A stretch of 64,000 nt of DNA from Octopus vulgaris (GCA_951406725.2 OX597814.1:182838001-182902000), one strand, 5' to 3'; numbered from the stretch's first letter, positions 11,201 to 23,829 are shown. Translations and numbers: made by a program. Notes: generated by a model not told the origin, from the sequence alone.

Positions 11201-11810
11201 AAAAACGAAAGCGTGTAAAGTTTAAGTTTCCCCTCGTTGTCAGTTGTAGCTAATGTCGGCTTTGTAACCAATACTCGAACTTTTTAAAACCGACAATCCA
11301 TATCAAACAATTTCAGAAAGCTATACGGTAAAAGTTATGTTTAGGCGCTTTTAGAAGTAGGATCTTCAATTGCATTGTACAGAAGTATCTTTTAATGAAT
11401 TCTGCTAAATATTATATTGATGGTGAATGGCATAATTTTGAATCCTTTAACTTAGACTTACAGTCACACTCACACATTCACACATGTACATACACACACA
11501 CACACACACACTCACACACATACATACACGCACATGCACACATACTTATACCCAATCATACACAAGCACATATGTAATATATATATGAAATTACTACATA
11601 ATACTATCTCTCTCCTTCCCCACTCTCTCTCTCTCTCTCTCTCGCTCACACACACAAACATATATAAAGTTCATGTTGGCATTATATAATCTTTGATAAT
11701 CTGCTCTTTTTTTTCTCTGGTATGAGCTATGTTGAATGATAATAAAGTTGTAGAGTAACTTCCGATGGAAAGATATGTTAAAACTTTTCAAAAATTGGAG
11801 TTATGTTGTA

Positions 11811-12059
11811 TACTGTCAACTTAATGTGACAGTCCCATGAAGGGAATCACACCACCGCTATTTAGCCCTAGGAAGCATCAACGCTTCCTGTCGGCCTTGA
11901 CACATTTCCTGTGTCCTTATGTTTACAAGGGGGAGACAAGCACCTCCACCCAGCTAAGCCTGCATCCAGAGACTAGTTTCTGAGTCTTGCTCGTCATCAG
12001 TCTGGAGTAGCATGGCTTGCTAGCTGGCTGCAGATGCTTGTCTCGGCCTTGTAAACATA
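11811..12059 (-). mobile_element. Structured HHR-bearing element (retrozyme- or PLE pseudo-LTR-like)
   Basis: Long imperfect hairpin at 11918-12059 with an HHR at its apex, plus four short stem-loops at 11811-11915. Confidence 0.6.
11965..12006 (-). ncRNA. Type I hammerhead ribozyme
   Basis: UCCAGA-CUGAUGA-cGAG caaga CUCa-GAAA-CUAG-UC-UCUGGA: canonical core, 6-bp stem I, palindromic stem III (ACUAGU), GUC cleavage triplet; C.A mismatch at the base of stem II. Confidence 0.85.
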
Positions 12060-12687
12060 TAATAATTCTAGTGGAATAAATCCACTGATCACAAAAATAG
12101 AAATATTACATTTCTAAATATCTCAGAGAGATATAAGCAGTGGTGGTACGATAGAGCAGTTATTGTTTAGAATTAAGTCATGCGTGTAAAACTTTGTAAT
12201 CAGCAGTTTTATTTACGGTTGTCGATTTTTTTAAGGTTTGCAAAAGAATATAAGTAGGTGAAAATGTTAGTTCACCAGTAGATGTGTAACTAGTTTTAAT
12301 TGTTGTTGACGGTGTTTGACCACTAAGAAATTTAACTTCCTGATTGTTTTGACAAGGAAGATGTTATTGTTCAGAGTTCAGTTGATCTTGTAGTTAGATG
12401 TGTTTATTTAGGTGTATCAGCTTTAGATCATGTTGCTTTTAGTATAGATATTTAGTTATCTTGTGGTTTAGGAGTTCACAAAACAATGTAAGTGGGAAGG
12501 TTAGTTTGTCAGCATATTTCTTACTAGGATTTAATTGCTGATCTTTTTATTTGATTATTATTTAAAAATTCCTTCTCTGTGTTTTGGGAAGATAGGAAGA
12601 TAAAGCTTGACTATGCAGTTATAAATATTTCTTCTAGTGAGTTTCAAGCGTGGGTATTGGTAAGGAAATTTTTAACACACACACACA

Positions 12688-12732
<45 letters not shown>

Positions 12733-12804
12733 TCACACGCACACGCACATGCATGCGCGTGCGTATGTAGCATGTATTTAAGTCTATGTACCTATTTTTG
12801 TGCT

Positions 12805-13360
12805 CATTTAGAAGTTTTTATGTTTGCAAAAAGTGACTAATTCAGAGTTTCAGTTCAGTATTTGATTTCTTAATATGAGAATGTGGTAAGAGTTATTGGT
12901 GTAAAGTGGGCTGGGTTTGCCGTTTCCTTGGTATGGTTGCGCGAGTGACAATATTTTCTAATTAATGCTAAACGGGGTATTCTTCGATTTTAGTGGCCAT
13001 ATATGTTATGATAATGAAGTGTTATTTTCCCTATTTGGGTTGCGAAAAGTATGTGTGCTTTGTTTGTATCGTATTTTGAATTTGTTTACTATATGCCCTA
13101 TATATGTGAATGTAGTAGACGGTTTAGTATTCGTGGTTCAGTTAGGCTATTGAACAATATTACTTATGTGACAGTTTCCGTTTAGTGGGAAGAATGGAGA
13201 GGTTCTGAAGTTGCACTTTTTGCTGGTGTTTTTGGTTTTTACCTTCCGAAAGTTTTAAGTGGTTGTAATTGGTTACAGTTTATTCCAAGTTGTTCGTTGT
13301 GGAATATGATATTTTTTTGTTGTGTTTGTTTATTAATTTGAAGTTGTGGGTGGAAGCACA
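12805..13360 (-). mobile_element. Decayed Penelope-like element linker and GIY-YIG endonuclease (tentatively Nematis-type)
   Basis: KISYSTTNNL...CNFRTSPFFPLNGNCHISNIV...TYIGHIVNKFKIRY...TSLS*HIWPLK...AQPY...LN*NSELVTFCKHKNF, matching the CNCRxxxxCPLxGxC...YIG...LSxxIWxLK pattern. Confidence 0.7.
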
Positions 13361-13399
13361 GTCACCATCCTTCTCGTGTTCTGCAAAAAGTATTGAAGC

Positions 13400-13522
13400 C
13401 CCCCCCCCCCCGCAACATGCATCAGAAATGGAATACAAAGACCCGTTGACAAATGATAGTGATTCTGAACGAGAACTGGAGAGATAACTTTAAGAATTTA
13501 AAACAAAAATTCTTGATTGGAT
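13400..13522 (+). repeat. Copy 1 of a ~150-bp local duplication (continues at 13853-13892 and 14226-14242)
   Basis: Aligns with 14718-14867; interrupted by a SINE and an RTE insertion. Confidence 0.8.
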
Positions 13523-13530
13523 TTTCTTAA

Positions 13531-13853
13531 AAGACTCCGCCGGTTACGACGACGAGGGTCCCAGCTGATACGATCAACGGAACAGCTTGCTCGTGAAATT
13601 AACGTGCAAATGGCTGAGCATTCCACAGACACGTGTACCCTTAACGTAGTTCTCGGGGATAATCAGCGTGACACAGAGAGTGACAAGGCTGACCCTTTGA
13701 AATACAAGTACAACTCATTTTTGCCAGCTGAGTGGACTGGAGCAACGTGAAATAAAGTGTCTTGCTCAAGGACACAACGCGTCGCCGGGAATCGAACTCA
13801 CAACCTTACGATCATGAGCCGAATGCCCTAACCACTAAGCCACGCGCCCTCAC
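13531..13853 (-). mobile_element. SINE family E (D/E-type head and core with family C tail)
   Basis: Head ggcgcgtggcttagtggttaggg, tail ...gaccctcgtcgtcgtaaccggcggagt; TSD-like tga(t/a)ggattt on both sides. Confidence 0.85.
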
Positions 13854-13892
13854 TGATAGGATTTACATGCAGCAGAAAAGTACAGTTAAATC

Positions 13893-14225
13893 AATAGTCT
13901 TTTCAAATGGCTAATAACGTGTGCTCGCACCGCTACTACACACATTGGAAAGAATTGTACAACCAAGCATTAAAGAAGGTCTTTCCTCCTCCGTGAAACA
14001 AAGCTGTTCCCGCTGGACGTCAACCCAGTAGGCAATTTCTACTCTTCTCCTCTCGAAGCCATCTACTCGCGATACCAGAGGGCGCACACTCTCCTACCCT
14101 GATGTAATCTCCAGGGATACAGGCATCCAGCAACAGGACCTCCGTAATGCTATGATGGACCGTGAAGTCTGGCGTAGCATGGTAAATTCCATTGTCTCGA
14201 CCACGGTCGAACAATGATGATGATG
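13893..14225 (+). mobile_element. RTE-type LINE 3' end with (TGA)n tail and 11-bp TSD
   Basis: PSTRDTRGRTLSYPDVISRDTGIQQQDLRNAMMDREVWRSMVNS* then tgatgatgatg; TSD acagtt(a/t)aatc at 13882-13892 and 14226-14236. Confidence 0.8.
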
Positions 14226-14717
14226 ACAGTTTAATCTTCGGTTTTTATATAAAATTGTTTTTATTATACATCGACATGAAAGGAAACATCAATATATGTA
14301 TATATAGATGCACGCAATATTAATATACATGTATTAATATTACATTACACACACACACACACACACACAAAAGTACACAAACACGCTCACACACACACAA
14401 ACACACACGTGTGTATATATGTGATTGTAATTTGTCTTTAATCTTTTAATCTTTGTAAATAATTTGGTATTAAAATATATTAACTCGGTGTGTGTAATTG
14501 TGTTTATGCGTCTCTGTGTGGCTACGTGTGTATAATCTCATAAGCTGACATACACAGGTACACACATAGATGCAGTTATACATAGTTACTGTATATATAC
14601 ATACATAGGTTTAAATGTACGCACACACACTCGCGCTCGTGCACGCACACACACGTATATAAGTTAAGAAGGTGCACTGAATGGCCGTACACAATAAATT
14701 CTTAATTTTTGAAAGAC

Positions 14718-14867
14718 TCCCCCCCAACATGCATCAGAAGGAATACAAAAACCCACTGGCAAATGTTAATGATTCTGAACGAGAAGGGGGAGATAACTTA
14801 AGAATTTAAAGCAAAAATGCTTGAGTGGATTTACATGCAGGAGCAAAGTATAGTTTAATCTTTGGTT
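14718..14867 (+). repeat. Copy 2 (uninterrupted) of the local duplication
   Basis: ccccaacatgcatcagaa...gattctgaacgagaa...ggatttacatgcag...agtttaatct. Confidence 0.8.
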
Positions 14868-14886
14868 GGAAACTGAGGACAACTAT

Positions 14887-14925
14887 GGACATGTGTTTTG
14901 GCATAATATATGGCTTCATCAGTCC
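14887..14925 (-). ncRNA. Degenerate hammerhead-like motif
   Basis: CTGATGA-a-gccata tat tatgcc-AAAA-cacatg-TC; G12 lost (CpG-type change), stem I weak. Confidence 0.4.
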
Positions 14926-15982
14926 TTCCGTGTATAGCATTCAGTTGACGCTTAGAGTTTTTTCTTTCTTAGCTCATTTTAGATTTAGTTTTGCACATTA
15001 CCCTTGACCAAAAATATATGAAATTATTTCAATATGTAAAATATATATTAAACTTATCTGCAGCTATCAACACTAGTAGAAGTCACTTATTATGTTCACT
15101 TTGGGGCAAAGCCTTCCAGATAACAATATCTCTAATTAAAACCATTATATAGAGCGTATAACAATATCATGAACGTATTTGAGGTCCACTAACTGATGAC
15201 AATTTGATAAATGTTTGATAACATTACCTGTAATTAGAAATAAATGTTAGAGTATTGGACAATATCGTGCGTAGTATTTGTTCCGACTTTCTGCACTTTC
15301 AAATCCCTCTGGGGCCAATGTTTACCTTTCGCCTTTTGGGAGTCGATAAAAACGTACCAGTCTAGAGTAGTGAAGTGTGAGAATTGTTTGTTTCAGATGT
15401 GATGCCTTGCGGTATCTGTTCCAGTTCTGTGATGCTTCTGTTAAGAGTTGCGACAGCCAGACAAAAAATCGGCAATTTGAAAACACTAATGGAGACATAA
15501 TTTCCATTAGTTCGATCGGAAGATTGACTGCCAACCCCACTACAACCACCACAATAAATAAGCAGCTTTTATAGTATATCATAAGCAGATTAAACTGTAG
15601 GCTGTTAAACATTAATTTTATCCACTCCACTCCATGTTAATCGAAGAACAAACGAGGTTTAGGGACATCTATTTCATAGACGATATTGTCTCGACATAGA
15701 GATAGAAGGCAAGATACTAACTGCACAAATATAAATATATGAGGATTTATGGTTCTGTGTTTCTTATCTTGCCTCTGACACTGTTTTCTAATACATTCCA
15801 ATGCTCAATCTAACTAGTTGTAAATAATTACCCAGCACAGTACTGTTGTGAGCAGAAATAGCATTGCATAATTGATTTCTGCTAAGTTGTAGTCCTGATT
15901 TAAAAAAAAACTTAAATCCCTTCTGAGGTGTCGGTTGTGAAGGTAATGGATTCCATCTTGTTCTAGGATATTCTATACAATG

Positions 15983-16217
15983 AAAGGCGGCGAGCTGGCA
16001 GAAACGTTAGCACGCCGGGCGAAATGATTAGCGGTATTTCGTCTGCCGCTACGTTCTGAGTTCAAATTCCGCCGAGGTCGACTTTGCCTTTCGTCCTTTC
16101 GGGGTCGATTAAATAAGTACCAGTTACGCACTGGGGTCGTTATAATCGACTTAATCCGTTTGTCTGTCCTTGTTTGTCCTCTCTGTGTTTAGCTCCTTGT
16201 GGGTAGTAAAGAAATAG
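15983..16217 (+). mobile_element. SINE family B, full length, with TSD
   Basis: aaggcggcgagctggcag...gtgggtagtaaagaaatag; flanks gatat(t/c)ctatacaatga. Confidence 0.92.
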
Positions 16218-16367
16218 ATATCCTATACAATGACTAAGTCTTCTAGTGGTGCTAATACGATCAAATGCTTTCCATAACACTCTTACATATGCAAGTGTCG
16301 AAATCTCGTGTGTGTCTAGTGAGCACACTGAACTCACATGTAAGCATAGGAAAGTGTGTTTGTGTAT

Positions 16368-16405
<38 letters not shown>

Positions 16406-16775
16406 GGTGAGGAGAGGGAGAGAGAAACTCTTTATGTGTAAATAGTGGTTTAGTACTACAAGAATAATAAATTTGAAAGTTTCCTCATTGTAATATATTT
16501 ATTTAATTCAACGATAATGTTGGTTTCTTTGATTGTCACTGATATCAAATTTATATAGAATTGCACATAGGTAGCGTTATTTCGGTAGTAATTCTTTTTT
16601 AGAACTATTCTCTGTATATAGTTTGTAAGTGTATATACGTGTGTATTTAAACTACATATATTTATTTATTCTATAATTAAGTGTAATTCGATTTGTTTCC
16701 GAGTAAGTCGTTGTCCGTTTATTTATAATTAGTTATTTACTCTCTTCGTAGTTAAGAAGTGTTAGTAATTACTTC

Positions 16776-16857
<82 letters not shown>

Positions 16858-17084
16858 TGTAACGACCACATCACTGCCACCATCTAGTAAAAAAAAGTGT
16901 TGGTGGACCCCGTGTCCCAGAAAATACTAGCAAATGTCTGAAATACCAGGGAAAACAAACATAGACAAGTACAATTTCGCCATTGTCAAATGTATGGACC
17001 TACCGCTGCTCCTCTCAAACCGTAACTCTCTCCATTCCACATTTCCTAAAACACTAAGGAAGACTAAAGGAGTAGGGCATGGTG

Positions 17085-17089
<5 letters not shown>
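16858..17089. mobile_element. Possible solo LTR inside a (TA)n/(CA)n tract
   Basis: Starts TGTAAC, ends GATACA (TG...CA with short inverted termini); about 230 bp of unique sequence between microsatellites. Confidence 0.45.
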
Positions 17090-17140
<51 letters not shown>

Positions 17141-17519
17141 TATTTTAAAATCTTAATTTAACTCTTTTTTCCTTTTTTATTGTTTCACTTTCGGTAAGTA
17201 GTTTATTAGGTTAATATATTTTGTATTATTGAATTTGTTTCATGAATATTGATCTAAGCTTGTCCTTTTCCTTGTACATAGTTCGAGGACGTTCTTTACG
17301 AGATGTACTGTCCAAATAATTGTTATTAGGTTTGTTTCAGACTGCGGTATCATGAACGTGATGTGATTTTCATGAGAAACAAAGTATCTTGTTGTCTACG
17401 TGTGTTGTATTGTCTGAATGTCTTTTTGAAATTAGGTCTTTTTTTATAATACTGTTTTGTAGCTATAAGTTATCAGTATTTGTTTAGTGTTATGTTGTTA
17501 CTTGTGGTAATAAACAGGT

Positions 17520-17680
17520 GGATTCCCGGGCAGCGTTTATATTTTTAACGCTGTTGACACCGCCGGACTGGATGGTACTGCCGAGGTATCGAAACCATTG
17601 TGATATCCGACTGGGCAGCAGATGACAGAAATGTACATATGTTATGCTCGGTTGCGAATTTCTTATTCTTAGTCTCGTTA
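17520..17680 (-). mobile_element. Highly decayed LINE RT fragment (RTE-like)
   Basis: FRYLGSTIQSGG...INAA motif. Confidence 0.45.
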
Positions 17681-17841
17681 TTTTGGGTTTTCCTCCATTC
17701 TTGAAGAGTGGAAAGTGTTCGTGAATTCATAGTTTGTGGGGATCGTTTAGTTTGGAATTGTTTGGTTTTCGTCGTAGCAACCTAATTGTGCTTGGACAAG
17801 GCTCATATACTGGTGTCTAGTTTTGGGAGGTACTGTAGCAT

Positions 17842-18066
17842 ACACTGGCGAAAATAAATTTAAGACCGATGATAAAAGTTCTATTTCTTACAAAATATTG
17901 TGTTACTAACATCATACAAATTCGTTTTATCTTCTACACCTTATGCAGAATATATTTCTCTTTCGAATGATGCAGAGAATAACTATTTTTATACAACTTG
18001 AAGAATTCTAATGCTAAATTAATATAAACGTTTCAAATTTACCGGCAAAATTAGTTTAAGACCATT
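17842..18066 (+). mobile_element. Tc1-like terminal fragment (IR/DR-type end)
   Basis: TA-CACTGGCGAAAATAAATTTAAGACC with an inner repeat ggcaaaattagtttaagacc about 200 bp downstream. Confidence 0.4.
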
Positions 18067-18248
18067 TAACATGTATGCAAATTTTTTTGCCAAAATGGGT
18101 GGTCACACAACTAGCCTAACTGCGCTATATAGTGTTATAATTTAACGTTATTATACAATTGTTATATGCATAGTTAAATTTATGTATACTTTACTCAGCA
18201 TTCACCTAAGTAAACGACTTATCAGTAACTGAACGAAATATATACATA

Positions 18249-18477
18249 CAGGGTTGGCCAAAAGTCATCTGACAGTAGATCAATAGCATTTAATTCCAAG
18301 ATTTATGTTTAACAACTGAATGAATTTAATAAAAGTGTCTAAATAGGAAACATCATGAAAATTGTTCAAACTGAAATTCTTCTTGAGTGACACATTTTCC
18401 CATTCGAGTCAATACAGAATTACAGATAGTATTTATGGAATTTTGATTTACCGTCGGGTGACTTTTGGCCATCCTTG
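18249..18477. mobile_element. Tc1/mariner-type MITE
   Basis: TIRs cagggttggccaaaagtcatctgacagtagatcaa / ttgatttaccgtcgggtgacttttggccatccttg; TA on both sides. Confidence 0.8.
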
Positions 18478-18518
18478 TATATAAATATACATACAAACAT
18501 ACAGATGTGTGCGTGTAT

Positions 18519-18766
18519 CGTCCCTATCATATCACTGATACTTTTACCTGCACTTCTAGCAACGTCATTTACTGCATCTATTCTTCCTGTCCTTATCTGT
18601 ACATCGGTCAAACGGGACACCACTTGGCTGACCAGTTCGCGGAGCACCTCCGAGACATTAGACTCGGCAATGACACCCCAGTCTCATGCCGTCTCCGCTC
18701 TACCGGTTATTCATTACAACACCTGTCTGTGTTCGGATTGTTTTTGCACAGAGGCCATCCGGACTC
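18519..18766 (+). mobile_element. Penelope-like element GIY-YIG endonuclease remnant (tentatively Neptune-type)
   Basis: FTCTSSNVIYCIYSSCPYLYIGQTGHHLADQFAEHLRDI...TPVS...SLQHLSVFGL (VIY...YIGxT...FxEH). Confidence 0.85.
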
Positions 18767-19324
18767 TGTATGCTTTTTCATACAGAATTCAAAAATAATG
18801 TCAAATTATCTGTATCACGCACAGTTTCTCTGTTCCACGATATCCCTCTCAGTTCCTGTTACGTGGGCTAAATTTCAGTTAAGCTGTTGAAATGTGAAGC
18901 TAACGATTTAAGAAATACTCCTAATTAAAATTTTTATGAATAGAATTAATCTAGTGAAATCATAAATCCAGCTGAGGCAATGAGTCCCCAAAATATATGA
19001 AATGAAAAATATGTAAAAATACAAACACACAGAAAAAGCACAGAAAAATACTAACACATAGAAGCACAGAAAACTATGTAATGTACTAACACAGAAAAAT
19101 TAAAACAAAATACGCAGGTGAAATCAACATAGACAACAGCAGCACAGACAACACTGAACCACAATACAGCGTACGGTTGCCATGGTAACAAGCTGCTAAT
19201 GCCAGGTCGTCTCAGATTCTTTAATTTACGAGGTAAGGTAATTGGTTGATCGTAATCAAAATTGAAAGCAATCTGAGTAAAATTAAGGGGGGGGCATATT
19301 TTGCGAATGAGAAAGACTAGATCC

Positions 19325-19365
<41 letters not shown>

Positions 19366-19367
<2 letters not shown>

Positions 19368-19581
19368 TCTTACTCTTTACTCTTTTACTTGTTTCAGTCA
19401 TTTGACTACGGCCATGCTGGAGCACCGCCTTTAGTCGAGCAAATCGACTCCGGGACTTATTCTTTGTAAGCCCAGTACTTATTCTATCGGTCTCTTTTTT
19501 CCGAACCGCTAAGTGACGGGGACGTAAACACACCAGCATCGGTTGTCAAGAAATGCTAGGGGGACAAACACAGACACAAAA

Positions 19582-19634
<53 letters not shown>

Positions 19635-19801
19635 TACGACAGGCTTCTTTCAGTTTCCGTATACCAAATCCACTCACAAGGCATTGGTCAGTCCAGGGCT
19701 ATAGCAGAAGACACTTGCCCAAGATGCCATGCAGTGGGACTGAACCCGGAACCATGTGGTTGGTTAGCAAGCTACTTACCACACAGCCACTCCCGCGCCT
19801 A
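19366..19801 (-). mobile_element. SINE family A, full length
   Basis: Homology to the other copies. Confidence 0.92.
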
Positions 19802-20439
19802 TATATAAACTAGTTGAAACAGGGACAACTGAAGAAGGGGAATATTCTTTATGATGTATGTCTCGTTTCTCTGTTTTTTTTGTTGTTCGAAAAAAAGGTT
19901 CGTTTCTATGTTTTTGTTTTTATGTTTTCGTTTCTCATTGTGTTCAACGTTTTTTTGATGTCCTGTACCCATATATGCATGTATATATACATATATATGT
20001 AGGCATGTACAGATACGTATGTATTTCTGCATATATTTATATATTATTTATATTATTATACGATCGAACGCCACGCATCATTTTCCAAGTAAGTTTTACC
20101 TATATAAACACATATACGGACAGCTCCCTCTGAATGCATACACATGTACACGAATACCGTCACCCACGCTGACCAACTAGCACACCCAGTATATCCACTT
20201 TTTGCACTGACATACGACTCGACGACGACGGCGAAGACGACACACCACCACCACTACCACCGGCTCCACCGCCCCTCTCTTTGCCATTCCCATTACCGCT
20301 GTCGCTGCCTTCGCCTTCTACCCACATCACCTATAGCACGTAGGAACACGCTTTGTCTTTGATATCCGTAGTCAATGCACCAACAGTAGTAGTTGTATTG
20401 CGGTTTACTTAACAAATTTTTTATTTAATGACATTGATA

Positions 20440-20650
20440 AGGCGGTGTGTTGGCAGAATCGTTAGCACGCTTGAAGAACAGCTTAGCGGCATTTCGTCCG
20501 TCTTTGCATTCTGAGTTCAAATTCTGCCGAGGTCGACCTTGCTTTACATCCTCTCGGGGTAAAATAAGTATCAGATGAGTAATGGGGGCGAGGTAATCGA
20601 CTGTACCCTTTCCTCAAATTTCAGGCCTTGTGCCTATAGTAGAAAGGATT
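20440..20650 (+). mobile_element. SINE family B, alternative tail (...ggccttgtgcctatagtagaaag)
   Basis: B head and core with a different 3' end. Confidence 0.8.
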
Positions 20651-20854
20651 TTAATGACATTGGTTCTTATAAACGGATAATTTTAAATTTATTTTATATA
20701 AGAGAGTATAGGATCCGACGAAATCAAAAAGAATTTTATATCATATTCTGACTTCAGTTTTGGTACTGATTCTCCTTCCCAGTAATTACTCTGTTGTCAT
20801 TCTGAAAATTTCTTTAAAATAACAGCCATAAATAATCATAAATATATATATATC

Positions 20855-21120
20855 ATCGTGACCGACCAGGCTATCAGATGTTGCTACACATCGCTGGTCA
20901 CAATGCGCTTCGCATTGTTTTAGCCTTCAAATAACGCCACTCCGCTGGCTAAGCGAGCAGGCCAACAGAAGAAAGAGTGAGAGAAAGTTGTGGCGAAAGA
21001 GTGCAGCAGGGATGCCCCCCCCCCCCACTGCCGGAGCTCAATAAACACTCACAACGCCCAGTCTGGGAATCGAAACCGCGATCCTACAACCGCGGGTCCG
21101 CTGTCCTAAGCACTGGGCCA
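20855..21120 (-). mobile_element. SINE with family C head and a distinct tail
   Basis: Head tggcccagtgcttaggacagcggacccgcgg; tail ...gcaacatctgatagcctggtcggtcacgatgat. Confidence 0.8.
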
Positions 21121-22688
21121 TATACACACACATCTATATTTAATTAGAAGTGTGATTGACTTCACAGTGTGTCAGGTACTTTATTTATTGACGCTGAAAG
21201 GATGAAAAACAAAGCTGATTTCGGTGGGATCTGAATACCAAAGACCCGGAATAAATAACGGAAGGTAATTCTATCCTTCATTGCCAACTTGCTTATACTT
21301 TAGTATCAGTTATAGTCTTTGCATATTTGTCCAGAAATATTGATTTCGCTAGAACCAAAGTAATTTTACTTACACTTTCTTTTATAATATTCATATTTCG
21401 TATTCTAGATTACGAAATGAAATCTACAAGATATTAAAGAAAAAAGTGATTTCTTTTTTATATTTGCTAAGGAAATATCAGATAAAAGAAGTAAATAAAA
21501 TATGAATGACTGCGGTTATTGAATTTCTCTTCAGCGAAGGACTACCTGTCTGCTAAAAATGTAATAAAAAATTGAAATGCCAAGCAAAGGCTTACAGTTA
21601 ACTAACCATACACGAAATAAATCGACTTAAGAAGGGATCTTGTAGGTAGTTCGATCTACTAGAAATATCGAAGCTTATTGTTTTAAAGAAAAGGAAGACC
21701 TCATTGGATAACTTAGTCTAAGATACGTATAGGTTTGTTGACGGCAGAATTGTTAGACCTGAAAAAAAAAAAAAAACCTTGCAGTTCGTGTTCTGGTTTT
21801 ATCATTCTGCGTTCCAGTTCGACGATGTTCAACTTTTCTTTTCATCCTTACTAGGCCGATTAATATATACGAAATCTATTGAACTACCGGGGTTGATTTA
21901 GCCAAATACAAATTAGTAGCTGTAATCTATAGAGTAGTCCGGCGTTGCCTTAAACTTTGTTTCAGCAATTCTTGTGAAACAACGGTGCTCAACCGTAATA
22001 GTCCTTGCCGCCTCACTTTGGACAATATCAGCAGTGTAAAGAGGGTTGGTATGTAGTATGTGCAACTGTAGGTCTTCCATACATCTTTCTCTGATCTACC
22101 AATACAAATCAGAGTGTGACTTTCCAGGTACAGATCTATGGAGTCACGATACTAAAGGACGCCAAAGAACACACACACACACACGCACGCACATACACTG
22201 TTTGAAAATTAAATGGGATAGTCGTAGCCGGATTGTCTTTGACTTAACAAATGGATGAATTCACCTATTTCTTTAATAACCACAAGGGCCTAAACATAGA
22301 GTGGACAAACGGATTAAGTCGATTATATCGACCCCCAGTGCGTAACTAATACTTAATTTATCGACCCCAAAAGGATGAAAGGCAAAGTCGACCTCAGCGG
22401 AATAAATAGATGAATTCATCTGTCAACTCTTAACCAACTTATTACAAAAGAAAAAAAAATACTAGATACTTTTCACAGCCAGAAACTCAGGAAGAGAAGG
22501 AAGTACTGAATGAAAAGTTATACTAATAGTATGGTTAGCGCCAGGGTAAATGAAAGAACAAAGCGTTTAGTTTGTGAAATTAATAAAGGAGTCATTTGTT
22601 GAAAACATGGCCAGTTGGGCACCAGCGACTAGATCTTTTAAGAAAGATAATAATAAACTCTAGTGTAATGCTGTTGCTTTATATAGCA

Positions 22689-23005
22689 CTAGCAGTATCG
22701 CCCGGCGTTGCTTGGGTTTGTTTCGACCCTTTAGAATTGGAATTTTTGAAAAAGTAAAAGTTTTGCATTATGTAACTTGTTATTCTCTTTAAGTGAACAT
22801 TTTTCTGGTTGAAATACACCGAAAGATGGCGACAGAGCAGTCAAAAAATCGTAAGAAATAGGGATTTTCATAGAAAAAGAAAGCACCTTCTATCATACTC
22901 TCAATTTTGGTCAACTTGCGCCGCAGGGTCTCGGAGGAGATAGTGTTAGTTGAAGGCTACCAAACCTGCCATACACAGACAACTTCAGCTTTATATATAG
23001 AGAGA
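22689..23005 (-). mobile_element. Non-autonomous Helitron (variant interior)
   Basis: 5' TCtctctatatataaag; 3' hairpin acccaagcaacgccggg + gatactgCTAG; A/T flanks. Confidence 0.75.
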
Positions 23006-23347
23006 TTTCAAACCGAAAACATTTACTACTCGATTGTCTTGGATGACTCCCATAATATTTCTGACAAAGCGCAAGTTATATTTTTGATCTTGTAATAATT
23101 GGGTTAAATTTTAATCGTGTAATAATTACCTAACTTCATTGTCCCAAAGAGTTACTAGCTTTTGATACCGCTACAGAAGTTGAACTGAAAGTTAGATACA
23201 AAACGAAGGATTTGCTGTGTTACTACAAAATGAATTTCCAGATTCAGATACTTTCGTGTCACTTCACTTTATTTTGAATAGACAGCATCACCGTGTCAGA
23301 ACCTACTTTTTAATCGATACATTAAAGTTATAAATATTGTAACTACA

Positions 23348-23760
23348 TAGGCGCAGGAGTGGCTGTGTGGTAAGTAGCTTGTTTACCAACCACATGGTTC
23401 CGGGTTCAGTCCCACTGCGTGGCACCTTGGGCAAGTGTCTTTTACTATGGCCTCGGGCCGACCAAAGCCTTGTGAGTGGATTTGGTAGACGGGAACTGAA
23501 AGAAGCCCGTCGTATATATGTATATATATATATATATATATGCATGTGTGTGTGTCTGTGTTTGTCCCCCTAGCATTGCTTGACAACCGATGCTGGTGTA
23601 TTTATGTCCCCGTTACTTAGCGGCTCGGCAAAAGAGACCGATAGAATAAGTACTGGGCTTACAAAAGAATAAGTCCCGGGGTCGAGTTGATCGATTAAAG
23701 GCGGTGCTCCAGCATGGCCGCAGTCAAATGACTGAAACAAGTAAAAGAGTAAAGAGAGTA
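23348..23760 (+). mobile_element. SINE family A, full length
   Basis: Homology to the other copies. Confidence 0.92.
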
Positions 23761-23829
23761 TTCCGACGAATGCAATATGGCACCTCTAATTTCGTAACAT
23801 ACTTAATCTCTTTCAAATATTAGTTTCAA

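Noticed and set aside
19805-19970. CTGAAGA motif in a T-rich PLE-like repeat as a hammerhead
   Set aside because: No stem II followed by GAAA and no pairing stem I could be built.
20144-20362. GC-richer His/Thr-rich ORF as a host exon
   Set aside because: Low-complexity CAC/GAC repeats; no recognisable domain or splice support.
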